Of a stretch of 64,000 nt of DNA, positions 50,238-64,000 are shown in pieces; the first letter of the stretch is position 1; the number at the start of each line of letters is the position of its first letter. Below the pieces are notes generated by a model. It was given only the letters and a program-made list of their open reading frames with translations, ran no database searches and was not told the origin of the DNA. A program made the position numbers and the translations under genes. Origin of the DNA: Trichosphaerium sp. ATCC 40318 (lineage: Eukaryota > Protista > Tubulinea); assembly GCA_038496445.1 (NCBI GenBank), contig JALMLS010000015.1, positions 496,001-560,000 of the forward strand, given 5' to 3'.

Positions 50238-51299
50238 GAGAACTCGAATGGAGAAAATACTGCAGTTTATGTTTACTGTACCAAATGCAAGTGTGTTTGA
50301 ACATCTGACGGTAAACGGTTGTACCTGATATTGTACTTTATTATAAACTACGTGTAAGGCAAAATCAGCTGTAGGTCCACCTTAAAACAGGAGTGAGAAA
50401 ATAAAATAGAAAACCGGATTTAAAAAGTGGCGTTTGGGAACACGTGATTGTAGGTGTTTTGACAAAAATTTGTGAACAACAGTTCTAAAACAAATGTTAG
50501 GGCACGTGCCTAATGACTTTTTATGCTTATTTACAGCCAAAGCGCCATGACGGTCCGCGAAGTTATATAATGATTTATACAGGCTCTATACGTTGCGAAA
50601 TAGTCAGCAAAGAGTGTTATATCTTTGCAAAACTTTTGGGAGGAACGTGGATTTAAAATATTCCGGGAGGCGTTAGTTTTATGTTCATTGTAATGTACCT
50701 CACGTAGTGTATGCTCTCCAATTATGTATATACGTATCCTCTCTGAATAAAATGATTTTTTCTTTGTTAGCGAGTGTAATAGCCTACATTGCTCTATAGC
50801 TGATCTATACTCCCTTCCATCCTGTCATAGCAAGTTAATGGGAGCGTGATCAAGTATTGACGTTAATAACGCTCACAGTTGTCAACATCAACATATTCGC
50901 CTGAATTTCTAGTGAGGAAAGCAGTGGGCGCCATAAGAAATCGTCTTGAGCCAAGTTGTAGTAAAATTTGCTAATCTAAGAACAATGAGCATTAAACAAT
51001 ATCTACACAATATATAAGCGTAGACAATCAGTGTCATTAACGTTAAAAACACCCTCGTTTAAAAGGTTTTTATTGTACCTGAGCAACCACTGACAACGTT
51101 GAATAAGCATTACACGTGCTGTATGATAGAATATGTAGTAGGACTTCATCCGGTAGTGTGTTCATAACGGTGACTTGAATTGCTTTTTGTAGTTCATGAA
51201 TACTACCTATGTATAACTATCTTGACTTCGCTGGTTATTATTTTTTATTATCACATTACCAACTTGATAGTACAATTGTAGACTGAATTGGATGGATCA

Positions 51300-53145
51300 C
51301 TTGATTGGATTCATTATATGCTCCAAACAGATTTTGCTTTATCTATCCACGAGAGTAGAGCCAATGTCAACGGATTAACAAGCTGTGCAAATAGTACTGT
51401 GTACTTTTTGAGTTACATAGGTACAAGACAAAGAGGATAGCTACTTTAAATCAGTAGAAACCTAACAGCAAATGTATAAAGAACCGCCAGAGTAGCTGGT
51501 CATTCGTAAACTGTTGCTTGAGGTATTACAATTTTTTAAGAATATGGCCTGGTCAAGTCTTATTTTTATTTATCCTGTATTATTCTAAACAGCTTCTCGT
51601 TATCCATCATATACGTCTCACCATTAAAATAACTAAGTATGTCTCCCGTTATCTTCATATTTCGATCAACATCCTTTTTCACAAAGAACTCGGGATAAAG
51701 AAGGAACAGCCCATGGAATCCCAAGGCATATATACCACCATCACCTAAGCCTAGCAAAACTCTTGGATACACTATCATGGTTGCCCAATGTTGTCTAACA
51801 AAAATGGTAAGTGATGTGTCAAACAAGTGATCAACAAATTTTGGGAAAAAAATGGAATGAGCTTTTTAACTTTTGAAACAATATCAGTGTGTTGATTTAA
51901 GTTTTGTCTTAAATAGTATGTTAGGGTATTAGGTATATCCTTTGATAAACAGTAACAAGCAATCACAATGGCATGGGAGAGCAAATGTTATAAAGTACCT
52001 TTTAGTCAAATCCCATGACCAGAATGTGTTAAAGGTGTAGTAACACAAGAAACCTTTTATGAAATGACAAGCATTTATGTATTCTTCATGCTTTGTTTTT
52101 ATCTCTTCAGCATCATTCCATTCAATAGCATCTTTTGTAAGAACACGAAAAGATTGTCGTGAATTACTTGCACAATAAATAGTATCTGTTTCAGTATCAA
52201 CAGCAATACAGTCTGCTGTATATTTTGTAAACGTTCCTCTATACTGTCTCTGAAGTGTAAATTCATCTCCACCAAAAGGCATAGCATAAAAATCAAGCTG
52301 AGTATTATCTTCCAGCTAAACAACATCAGACACAACAAAAAAAGCAAGATGTGAAACAAAGAAAAAATGAGATCTTTTAAACTCAATTCTTTCAATGGTT
52401 ATCAGCGTTGTAAACAAAATGACATGAAAAGAAAAACAAACAAACAAAAGGGGAACAAATAAAAATCAAGTATACTAATTGCCACAAGTTAGAGATGGCA
52501 GCAACGACGAAAGTTTCCTTTGCATTAAAAAAAAAACTAGCTGATCATTTTTTTTGTGTGAGCGCTATTCCTTGAGTCCTTAATAACGTACAACTGAAGC
52601 CACATATAGAACACCATCTTGGCCATAACAAATGCTTCTTATATTGTTGAAAATACATGGTAATGAAGTAACAGAAAGTTGTTTTGTTTCAACATTAAAC
52701 ATGCACAGGTTTTCCCCATAGTCGTATGTTGACTCATAACTATCTTCTTCCCAGCTATTATCTGAGTCGCATTCTGTGCTAGTAGCCTTTGCAGTCGTCT
52801 TTGCATAGCCAATATATGTCATCTGGTAGTAATTAGTACTGAACAAGATTGGTTTTTGATTTTGCTTGAAACATGACGTACGTGCTGTTTATATGAAGCA
52901 GAGTGTGAGTGTTCAGCTCCGTCTGCTAGTGGAGGTAGTGGCGAAGGTAATGGCACCTCTTCAGCTACAAATTTGTAGGCTACAATGCGTTTTCGTATTT
53001 GTATGTGCCTTACTGCTCTCTTATGCTGTGGGTTCGTATTGTACAAGCCATTGACGCATTTACATGTAAGAGCAAAATCAAGCTTCGAGAGGCCTCCAAC
53101 TCGCTTTAATATTTCTTCTAGTATCTCAACTGGACAATCTTCCAT
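51300..53145 (-). CDS. F-box protein with beta-rich (propeller-like) C-terminus, multi-exon
   Basis: MEDCPVEILEEILKRV...FALTCK F-box. Blade-like segments SICYGQDGVLYVAS and CIAVDTETDTIYCAS. 3' end approximate. Confidence 0.65.
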
Positions 53146-53630
53146 TCTAATACAATTTTAGCACAGTTTTAGAAATTACGCCTTAACTAGGTATTGTTAA
53201 GTACCGAATCACGAAACGACATTTGAGTTGTTTTTGGTTGTTGCCCATGTGGATCATAGAATACTGATACGACAAGTAATACTATTTGTACCTGTTATTA
53301 GGTAGGAGGGGAGCAGGAACTGGAGCTTATCAGGTTTTTTGACATGGAAGTGAGAACAGCATTGTAAACAAAATTGAAACAGAACACCACTGCTCGATTG
53401 TCAAGTACCCTGATGCCGTGGAGTTTAACTAATAAATAATGGTGACAAGAGCATCATGTTCACTGCATACGATACATACTGGGGGGTGTGGGAAAGGGAG
53501 AAACGGAGAAAACAAATAGGAAAATGTTGGCACAGCTCAAACCCGAGATTACTTACCATTAACTTTATATCTTACCCTTTTTATTTGTGAGAACTTGTTA
53601 CAAATGAAAATAAGACAAAGTGGTTTGTAT

Positions 53631-55335
53631 TTATGACTTGAGACATGCTGGTGGATTTACATTGGCAGATTGACCATACACTTTCCAGCAAACAAATTTA
53701 TCACTCCCCTGTACACCATTGTTAGTTAAATACGCATGTATATGATACCAGGTAACAAACAACGTACGTCAGAACGCTTTATGTCAATATCGTGCATGGT
53801 AATAGAAGTGCATGGTACTGTATCAGAGCAAAGAAACACGCCAGCATTCTCCCTATTATTTCTACATAAGAAATATTGAACCATAAATAACATACTTGGT
53901 TGTAGTGCCCTTGATATTAGAGAAATTAATGTCTGAAATCTTTACTGCCTTGAAGTCGGTTAACTCAAATATAATGGTAAGAGGCATAAACATACAGATG
54001 TTTCGTTTTTACACTCTCCGGAATGCTGAGAACTCGGACAGTAATATTGCGTGATAAGAAGCGGATTCTCAACATCTTCAAATGTGAGATCATAGAATGT
54101 GATATTTCTAACCCATCCATCACCGCCTTGCCACGTTTTTATCCTGAAAAATTGAATCAAATTAAAAGTGCATTGACAAAGAAAAGAAACTAACCTTGCT
54201 CCATTTGTTGTTCCATGAAAGGTATTATGTTTAAACGTTATATGTTCAACGTAACCATGCTATTATTATGATAAGCGTACTATTCAAAGATATGATGTTA
54301 CCATTATACTACCGATACTAGCTCCATGTCCATGACCAAAATAATTATTTTCAACAATAATATTACTTGTTGGATTAGATTCATCTTTCGATTCTTCAAT
54401 AGCCACGTTATCATCACCAACATCAATATAGTTATCGTGTATATGAACGTCCTATATAAAATTATTAAATCCGCAAACACACGGGACTGTAACCATACCT
54501 GACCACCAATGTCTATTCCATCAGTATTAGGTGAATCAGACGGAGCAAGAATTGTTAAATTCGAAATTTCACAATGTTGACAAGACAATACCAATTGATG
54601 TTTAGGACTATTTTGAACAGTGATTCCTCTAACCAATATATCAGCAACAATAACATCACATCTCGTACGTAATTATCAAGTTGGTAGAGTCGCTGAAGCA
54701 TATCAGATTAGGAGCAAACGCTGATGGGGTCTTCTTGCGAATTTCCTTTGCAATTGAAGCGTTAACAGCTGTCGGCCGATAACCATGAATCACGTACCCA
54801 CCACTCGCTTCCTCTGCCATCAATTGTTCCTTTTCCTTGTATCTTTATAGTATCAAGATGAGTCCCATGCATAAAGCAAGGGTAGTCATCAGAGTTTGGC
54901 CAGTCCTTAGGTGAGTCCGGTAGAATTATCTGTAAAATAAAAGTTTAAGGTGGCGTCAACAATGATCAGAATATTAGAATATACCTTGGCGTCTTTATCG
55001 AGAGTTACCGTCATGTTACTTCTTGGACTTAGCGGCCAACTAAGAAATGTTCCTTTTGGTACTTCAACTAAAACATAAAAGGTCAACACGTGTTTTCAGA
55101 CTTTGAAGAGATTACCGTTTGAACACTCGTCTATAGCTTTTTGTAGCGCCTAAACCTTTCTATTACTTTCTCACTACGAATACTTTAACTTACCGCGGTA
55201 TCGTTATGTTTACCATCTCCAACAGCGCCGTAGTCCTATTTGAAGTGTCAAACGAAAATTCTTCAAAATACTTTCCTTTACGCTACATGAAAGCACGTAA
55301 GTTGCGAACAAAAGCACTACGAAGGATAATCTCAT
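53631..55335 (-). CDS. Glycoside hydrolase family 28 (polygalacturonase), secreted, multi-exon
   Basis: All four GH28 motifs present (SPNTDGID, GDDNVAI, GHGASIG, RIKTW), plus DYGAVGDGKHNDT and a signal peptide. Confidence 0.93.
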
Positions 55336-55388
55336 TGGTATGAAGCTTTCTGAAATAAAATAGTAAACACTTGTCTTAAGCCGTGTTA

Positions 55389-55409
55389 AGTGAAGTCACG
55401 TGCTTCACT
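55389..55409. promoter_or_regulatory. Palindromic CACGTG-centred element in a 92-bp bidirectional promoter
   Basis: AGTGAAG-T-CACGTG-CTTCACT between divergent ATGs at 55335 and 55428. Confidence 0.55.
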
Positions 55410-55427
55410 CGACATAAACACGTTACA

Positions 55428-58400
55428 ATGCAAGATAAAGCACCAAAGCTTGGTCCTGGCATATCTTGTCGTGAACCTAAGCGTAATTATTATAAGATTG
55501 CGTACACACAAGGTAGCGAAGCTGATAAATTAACCGTGTATATTTGTTTTAACTGTTTTGATACAGAGAGCGATACAGGAAGTACTTGCGTACTTACAAA
55601 TCATAAACCATGGAAATTAACTCCAAATTGTGGCATTAGATACTTCGAGGTAATACCCACGTGATCCACGCGCCGTTAAACATAGTTTACAAAATAAAGG
55701 TTACTATTTTGTCAATAGCTGGTGGAGACAAAGCGTTAGCTGTTGGGTTAGCTTCGGAAAGCTACAGAGTAGCTAGGAACTTACCCGGATGGATGGAAGA
55801 CTCCCTAGGTTGGCATGGAGATGATGGCTGCTTCTTTCAAGCCGGAGTTGATTCTGAGTTTTCTGCTCCTTGGGCCGTTCAATGCGCTACTGTAGGCGTA
55901 GGTATGGATCAATCTGGTGCTGTAAGATTTATTAAATCATTTTCGAGAATTTGTGACAGTATGTGTAGGTCTTTGTGACACTTAATGGAAAATTCTATGG
56001 ATTTAAGAGCATTGTTGGAGAAGGATATCCACATGATTTGTATCCTTCTTTGGGATTTCATACAAAAACAGCAAAAGTTTCAGTAACATATAAACCACCT
56101 TTCGTGTTTAGATTGGACGACCTAGCAGATGTAGCAAAGAAGTTTAACGTATGTTCATCAACTGGTTGTATCGAATTTCGACGCTTATCATTTCTTTTAG
56201 AATGACGTGAAGCACAGGTTTCAACTAATATGTTTTCCGTAAACTTTTACTAAAAGTAACCTAGAATTGTTTCATTTGGGACTGGTGGACAGATATCGAG
56301 TCTGGTAAGTCGCTATTGTTTTGATATACTTTATAGCTGTATAATAACGCTTATTGCCTGTAGGGCCAAGGTCACTTGCAGAATATTTGGTGGCCAACAC
56401 ATATTGGTAGTTTATTACAAACCAGAGTTAAAGCCGTTTCAACTGGGAGTGCACATAGTCTTTGTCTAACAGGTAATTTCTTTACTACACAAACTTTCGC
56501 TGACTAATATTCCTTTAAGATGACGGGAAAGTATTAGCATGGGGTTTAAGTGATGCAGGACAGTAAGTTTTCTGAGAATTTTCTGTTTGATTCGAAGGAA
56601 AAAATAGGGTTGTTGGAGATTCCCGTAATTGCTATCGTTCGCCTCAAACAGTACCAATAAACGAGCGTGTAGAACTTATAAGTGCTGGGTGGCATCATAG
56701 CGCTGCTGTTACCAAATCTCAGAGGATTCTTGCGTGGGGAGAGGTAAAGATAACTTGTTTTTGTTTTGGTTCTTGCTTTGCTAACCAAAGCAACAGGCGT
56801 ATCCTAATAAACCTCCTATGTTTCGACCTACAGAAATAAAACATAACGTAATAAGTGATTTCAAAACATTATCATGTGGTGTTATGACGACAATGCTCTT
56901 GGATCAGTGGGGTTCGTTATACGTATACGGTAAAGTCGGCAGTGCACCACATAAGTACAAAAAACTAAACGTGATAAAACAAATGTCTTACTTCCTCAAC
57001 AGTGGCAAGTTTCAGCATAGCATGGGTCCACTTGATGACTTGGAAGCTTTAAGTGTACGCTATACAACTTAAATCATTGTATTATACTAATACAACTTCC
57101 AGCATTCGGGCGTTTTCTTATCCAGTATGTAAATGAAAAAAAAGAGAAATTATATGTTCTCACGTCATGTAGAAAAGGGAAAGCTGGGAATTGTGGACAC
57201 TGCAACAATAATACCATTATGTGATACTGAGAATTTTGTTCAGTTATGTGGAGATATGGAAGCGTGGGGAGCAATACATGGTATGTACTGATACCAAGGT
57301 TTTTTTTTAATCCAATAACTTGTGAAATAGAAAATGGCGATATTTACTATTGGACATCCCTCAGAAAATATCGTGTTATAAAAAGTAATGGCAGGAAGAA
57401 AGTGAAGATAGGAGTCAACGCTAAGTGTATTATAGCTATTGACGGTATGTTATACAACCCAAATTCACGAGTTCAGAAATTTAACATTTCTGTTTTTACT
57501 TGGTGTTTGCTCATGATTGTACTTATAGATCAGGGTTCTTTGTATTCTTGGGGAGAAAGTGCAAGTGGTCAACTGGGCCTTGGAAAAGATATCAAAACAA
57601 CTGAGGAAGTTTTCATTAAACTACCACAGTTTGATGACCTGAAGTACCACGATGTTGATGTTGGTCCATGCACTAACTTACTCATGACGTCTGAACCTCT
57701 AACACCGCCATGGGGTTTTCCAAAAGCCTTTACGGATACCAATGGATGGATACCAAAAGGTTTTGGTAGACATCCGTACTCGGTTTATCCACTAACAAAT
57801 AATGGTTTATCTTATTGGCAAAACCAAGAATACAGCAAGTTTGCACAGTTCTGGAAGTACACGCCTTTGATCACTTTACAACCTTGTCCTATTTTTAGAA
57901 CCAAGACAACACGTGTTTTTTAGACTAACTATTTCTTGTTTTTTAGCAATAATTTGAATGGAGGCGCTTTTGATGTTGATCAGGTTTACGCTGTTTCAAA
58001 CCCAGAGCTTGAGTCGCAGTTTAAAGTGCAGTATAACAGTTTATTAAATAAGTGGGTAAGAGATAACAATAAGGTGATGTTTGCGCTGTTTTCTTACTGA
58101 TTTTTGTAGTCTACTTCTGAAGCTCTGTTCAAAAGGTACGGTTTTCTCTTATCCCTCACATGCACACGATACACTGCTTGCGTTCGAAAATGTGTCGCGA
58201 GGATTGGTTCTGTTTACTAATAGTTAACTAAACTCAAGAGATCACTGGAAGAAATTATCACAAATTAAAAAGAAACAAAATGTTTATGATTTCTTCCAGA
58301 GTTCATTGGACAACTATGAATTTAACTCAAACAGAAATGTACGCATGTAGTTAATTTCTAAACATAGTTTTAAACTTGTATGCCATCAACTTTTATGTGG

Positions 58401-59568
58401 CACACGAAGGGCCAGAAAAGAACTCACTTTCCATTATAATACAATTTTTTTACACTTTAGCAGATGAAGCTCATGTTGGGCGTTCATGGTACCAGTGAAG
58501 CTGCTGTGTGGAGTATATGCCAATCCGGATTCGCTTCTCTAGCAACAGTAGATGAAGGTTGGTATGGTAGAGGTACACAACATATTTTTTTGGAATGAAA
58601 GTGTAACCAAGTTCAGGAATGTACTTTACAAGCAACGCGAACTATGCAGCCAAGTACTCCAAAGAGAAAGTAAAGATATTCATCATTTCTTATTTGATAC
58701 CTGGTAATATATACCCTGTTACAGAAGAAGCTAAAGGTTCTTCAAATTCATTAGCAGGACGCCCAAGTACGTTTACTTTTTTTACTTTTTTTTCAGCAAC
58801 TTGAGGAAACACTCCATCTATTAGTGTGTCGTTAATTTTGTACAAGGTATATCTGGATATCAATCTCATGGTGTTCTTGTCAATTCTAAGGGAATGATAT
58901 CTAATGGAAAAGGAGTAATATATGATGAACTTGTTGTGTTTCAGGTGAGTGACTGTTTCTAAAGTGGTTTTGTTGAGTTCCGCTAAAACAAGGCGTAGGA
59001 GTCCCAAATTGTACCGAAATATGTTGTCTTTGCAACACATAATAAGGCTAAAAGGAGTCAGCAAAGATCTGAGTCTAGAAGAAAGAATAAAGAAGAAAGA
59101 TTAAAAAGAGAACAATCCAAAAAACAAGAAGAAGACGAGGATGATGAATTATCTGATGATGAATTATCGGATGAAGATGAGTTGGAAGAAAGACAGTTAT
59201 GGGGAGACCCTCTTAAAAAGCAAGCTCCCAAAGAAGAGAAAGAAACAATTGAACTCAAAGCGAGTGGTACAGAGGAAGATCAAGTACTAGAAAACGTCCC
59301 AAAGCAAAGCAACGTAGAACAAACACAAGTCCTTGAAAATGCGGAGGAAGATCAAGTACTAGAAAAAGTCCCAAAACAAAACAAAGTAGAACAAACACAA
59401 GAGCCCGAAACACATGTTGACGAAATTGTGATCAAAGAAGAAGACAGTGAGGTTGTGCTGTTAAGAAGAGAAAATGCTAAACTGAAAGAACAGTTGAAAT
59501 TACTAATAGAAAGAACAGGTGTAGATGCAAAAATTCTTAAAGAAATTGGCATAGACACCTCTTTGTAA
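55428..59568 (+). CDS. SPRY + RCC1-repeat + PARP-type ADP-ribosyltransferase fusion protein, multi-exon
   Basis: SPRY (YFEV, LPGW...GWHGDDG, LYPSLG); RCC1 (VSTGSAHSLCL, LYSWGESASGQLGLG); PARP (HGT at 58485, GWYGRG|MYFT...YA, YDELVVF at 58921); acidic coiled-coil tail. Confidence 0.78.
59272..59410 (+). repeat. 72-nt in-frame tandem duplication (EEDQVLE.VPKQ..VEQTQ x2)
   Basis: Copies start at 59272 and 59344. Confidence 0.85.
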
Positions 59569-59674
59569 ACACATTTCAACCAATACACGTGCTTTTTGAC
59601 AAGAACATCTCAGACAAAACGTGCAAAAACGCTAACTCAACAGATTACTGTTTATTCTCGAACAAATACTTTGT

Positions 59675-62601
59675 TTATATTTTTGTTGTCCATGGAGATC
59701 CTCTGATTTCATCACCGTTGATCTTGACGGAGATTGTGTAATCGCCAGGGTTTGGTAGTTTGTATGTTACAACGTACAATCCATTGTTTTGGTCCATGAC
59801 ATTTACGTCATCAACCTTACCGCTTGGACCTGAGATGGATACATCAAAGTCATCACCGCCGTCGGTCTTAGGGTTGTTGTCTTTATCAACAGCCTTAATG
59901 ACAAAGGAGTATGAATCAATGAAAGTGTTACCAGCATGGGCGCCTACAAAGAAAGTTAACAAAGTTAAATAAAATCTTTCAAAATAATCAACATACCAGC
60001 TCTGACGTTTACGCTCTTTGGACAGTCCTTAAGTGGTTGCTCTTTAAGAGTTGGTTCAACTCTGTGAATACCAGGTCCAATTGGTTGGTATGTGACATCA
60101 TAGGTACCGTCACCGTTATCAACAATATCGGCTGGGACTTTCTCGCCGTTTGGTCCAATGACATCAACTTCGAATGGATCACCGCCCTGAAACTCAAGTC
60201 AACAAACATGCTCTATACTATTTAAAAAAAACGAAACGTACCTCTTTGAGAGGTTCACCATCACAGTCCTTAGCGATGATTTTGAATTCAGCTGGAAGAG
60301 TATCAAAGATACCATCTTCAAGACCTGGACCGAAAGCTTCGCACATGGAAGCATCAGCACCACCCTTGACTGGCAAGTGGATTGGAGAGTCTTTGATGTG
60401 ATCGCAGAAGATTGGGTTTCTTGGGTCGTGAAGAACGACATCAATCTTGTAATCACCAGGAACCTTTGGATAGTATGTGACATCTACAGTGTCACCATTT
60501 GGTTCCATGTCTACACGCACTGGTGATTCACCAGGTGGGAAGACCTCAACAGAGAAAGGATTGCCCTTGAGTTGGACAGGATCACCATTTCTGTTCTTGG
60601 CGTGGATTTTGAAAGTAGCTGGTTCGCCAGTCTTGACACCAGGTTCAACACCAGGACCGCTAGCAGTGCAAAACATTGCATCAGGTTCATCGAGAGGTGT
60701 CAATACATCAACAGTGTATGGTGAATCTGCGACTTGAGCGCCGTTGAGGAGTACCTCAACCTATTTAAAGGTTAGTAGTGAAAAATGCGAAAGAGCTATC
60801 TTACCTTATGTGGTCCCTTGTCTTCTGGGGTGTATTTGACGTCGTATGTACCATCACCATTATCAGTGAAGTCAGTTGGTACGTCATCACCGTATGGTCC
60901 AGTGACTTTGACTTGGTATGGATCACCACCATCAGGGACAGCGTTTCCACGCTTATCCTTAGACTTGATACTAAAGTCGGTTGGTTTACCTTGCTCATTA
61001 CCAGGTTCAATACCAGGACCCTAGTAAGTCGTGTAAGAAAAGTATTGGGGTAAAGCTCTGAAAAACTTACGGAGACAGTAGTATTTCTAGCATCAGGACC
61101 TTCACGGCTAATATTTGGCCTGAAAGGACTTCCCTTGATGTTTTTATCGAGGAGAGCGACAGTCAGCAAGTGGTTACCAGGTGACTTTGGGACGTATTTA
61201 CAAGAGTAAGTACCATCATTGTTGTCCTACAAAATTGTAAGAAAATGCAAACTACGTAGTTTTAATTTAGTGAATACGCACCTGGCAATCAACAGGAATA
61301 TCAGCACCGCTTGGGTCCTTGAGACCGATGTTCCAGTTAATACCACCTTCCTTCAACTGCTCGTTGAAGCAATTTTTGGCAATAATTTTGAATGGAGCGT
61401 CTTCGTATACTTTACCAGCAGTAAGACCAGGACCTACAAAAGCAGTAAGCTACAAGTATATAATAAAGATAAGGGTACCTTCAGCGTAGCAAAAAGCTGG
61501 GTCAGGTGTTTTACGCTTCATTTCGTCATTTCTACGACGATTTGCGGCGTTATCGTAATCTCTGAAGTATGAGATGTAAGTCATAACAGACAATTCATCG
61601 TTCTCCTTGGCGACCATATCTTCTGGTGCAAGAATTTTTGGAATGTCCATATCACTTTCAGCTTTGTCAATACCAAGAGTAGCGTTGCTAAGCGCATTGG
61701 CCTGAGAAGAAGAGTTAGCGTTATTCGTCAAAAGCCAGTGAAGAAAAAAAGGGTCGTACAGGGCTGAGACTATCTCTGTTGCGTGCTGCTTCTGGGATAG
61801 TGTCCGGTTTGAGTGCTTCTACGAGAGCGCACAATGAAGTACCGTCTTGCCAGCTAACAAGTTTGTAAGAAATTGTTTTTTTCAAATCAGCGTTTCGTCA
61901 CCTGTTAGTGAAGTTCTTGACTCCTTTGTGTGGGATCTTAGATTGTACCCACTTCAAGAGATCGTTCTTTGCGTTTGGAGATACTAATAACATCGTTTAG
62001 TTTTGGTTTTTAACTACTTGTAAAATACTACGTACCACCGCCCTTTTGGATATGGTAGCGAAGGATGAGTGTCCAAATCATACCAAGGATGAGTTTGAGC
62101 TTTTTATCGACGATATCTGCCGTACGCGTTAATTATAAGCGCGTAGTGCGTATAAACCACGTACCTTCTGGACCGATACCAACAAGACGGATTCCTTCGT
62201 CGCTGATAAATTGAAGAGCGAAGTTGTTGTTTTCAAGCTTTTGTACTCTGATCCTTGGCTTTTTGTTGTATACACCACGATTAATTTGCTTTGCTACGGA
62301 AATACCGTAAGTTCCAAAACAAGAGGTTAATAGTGTCAAACGTACCTGAGATAAGCTCCAAAAGGTTAATGAGGTTGATACCGTCTTCAAAATCATTTTG
62401 AAGGTCGGCAATCTTTAAACCGCGTTCCAAAAGGAATGTGTTGCACCATCTGGTGAACGTCTACAAGAGGAGTAAGATACTACAAATACTAGCGTCGGAA
62501 AAGTTTTCGCCCAAAAGCTGAGCGCAGAATCTACAAAAAGCCTGTACCCTCTTTTGGATCATAACCCATGCGGCAACGTCTGTTTTTTCACCCCAAGACA
62601 T
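59675..62601 (-). CDS. abpC: Gelation factor ABP-120 / filamin-like actin cross-linker, multi-exon
   Basis: WVMIQK.TFTRWCN, LILGMIWTLILRY and DELSVMTYISYF (tandem CH domains), followed by filamin Ig repeats (GPG..., DGTY.V.Y.P...G.Y). Confidence 0.9.
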
Positions 62602-63089
62602 AATGAGTATAAAGGTAGGAAATTACTAATTAAAAAAATCAGTTTACTTTTGTTGAAAGTTGCAACATCGTGCAAGCCGTTTACGTTTGAAATATTTGAA
62701 ATACATTGAACTACTTATGTTTGAATGCTGGATATGTTTGCGTGATGCTGAACGTTGATATAAAATAACATAAAACGTGATATGGTGTTGAGGAGGTAGT
62801 AGCAAGTGTGAAAAGATACGCCGGCCGGCGAATCTATTACGATAAAGGTTTACAGTCAAACTTTAGCATGTGTACGGATCAATCTCGGCGTGCCATAATA
62901 GGACGGTTTGAAAGCTCTAGCAGGTGCGAGAAAGTGGCAGTTTATGAAACACATTGGTAAGGTGTACTACCAGATTAGAGTGCTTTTGCTCTAGAGGGAG
63001 TATATAAGTTGAACTGGTGAGATGCTAGCATTATGTTTGGCGGCGCAAAGAAATACGCTTTCATGTATGTCTACTTTACAAAAGGTTCT

Positions 63090-63464
63090 ATCTTGTTAGG
63101 AGTTGAAGATATTACTGAGATATTTTGTTGCTCCAATGATGACACCCACACTAATGCTTCCATTACAGTCATCTGCGAAAACTAAAAGAGACAGACTAAA
63201 TCACAGTTAGAATACAAAGAGAATTGTTGTACATTGTTAAGTTGTCATGGCAGAATGGAAATTGTACCCTGTTGTTGATCGTTGTTGTTGAGTTTCAACA
63301 CATTCATGATTTGTCGCGTTTATGTTTTCCTCTCCAATGATACATGGACTCTCAATAGCTTTGATGACATTATCAGATGATGTATCAACTCCAGATATAT
63401 CAATGACGAATGAACTGTTTGGTTGTATCACTAGGCATCCTAGATAGCAGCAATTACACGTCAA
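63090..63464 (-). CDS. Fragment of a membrane-protein gene carrying the shared Cys-containing stalk domain (possibly a pseudogene)
   Basis: GCLVIQPNSSFVIDISG...IESPC...HECVE resembles the stalks of the receptors at 16.5-25 kb. TM segment looks truncated. Confidence 0.35.
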
Positions 63465-64000
63465 TAGTTAAAAAAAGCAGTAAAAATATTGCTTTAGCAT
63501 GTACAGTAAATAGGTATTTGAAGAGTACCTTTAACAGTCAATGTGGCACTTTCTTGATCACCAAAGACCAATACAACATCACCATTGTTTATAAAGTTAC
63601 CTTGGTGTGGCTATCTTTTTTTTCTGTATCCTAACCCTTTTTTTTTTTAGTCGCACAACCTGGACAAAGAATCTATTAATTTTGACGCTATGTTTCACTT
63701 TGTCCGATAACAGCAGGAACAAGACAGAATTCTGTGACGCTTATTTACGACGCGTCGGTGATGGTCAAGCAAGCTGCCTTGCAAAGTAAGGTGTATTAAA
63801 GGTGCGTTGAAACAAAACCATAAAACATTATCCTGTTTTTACCTGCTCCTGTTTACTATTACGTATCACGTGATTAATGTTTGATCACAAGCTTATCAGT
63901 AACGTACCAACATTGCGTTTTTACTGACCCATTGTGAAACCAACTTGATAACATTCCTTCTTTTTTACTGTGCCTCCAGTGCTGCTTCTCAAGCATGATT

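Overview
This is gene-dense, AT-rich eukaryotic nuclear DNA, not prokaryotic. Most genes are split by very short GT-AG introns (about 40-60 nt, donors often GTACGT/GTAAGT/GTATGT), so the ORF track shows only fragments. Gene content points to a free-living amoebozoan (inference): ABP-120/filamin, a receptor Tyr-kinase-like gene and giant-virus-like F-box genes. Recognisable housekeeping genes are NDUFS8, COMMD10, SAM synthetase, RPS17 and gelation factor. They sit among many accessory genes: intronless F-box/LRR and F-box/MORN-repeat genes, a tandem-repeat protein ending in a Vsr/DUF559/RAP-like nuclease domain, a SPRY-RCC1-PARP fusion, a signal-peptide-bearing GBP-like GTPase, a small secreted 8-Cys cationic peptide, several single-pass receptors sharing a stalk domain, a duplicated YrhK-like gene, a GH28 pectinase and bacterial-type membrane proteins. 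Non-coding signals are a strong excess of CACGTG and two candidate structured ncRNAs. I saw no tRNA, rRNA, CRISPR array or transposase. Multi-exon models were assembled by eye, so some boundaries are approximate.
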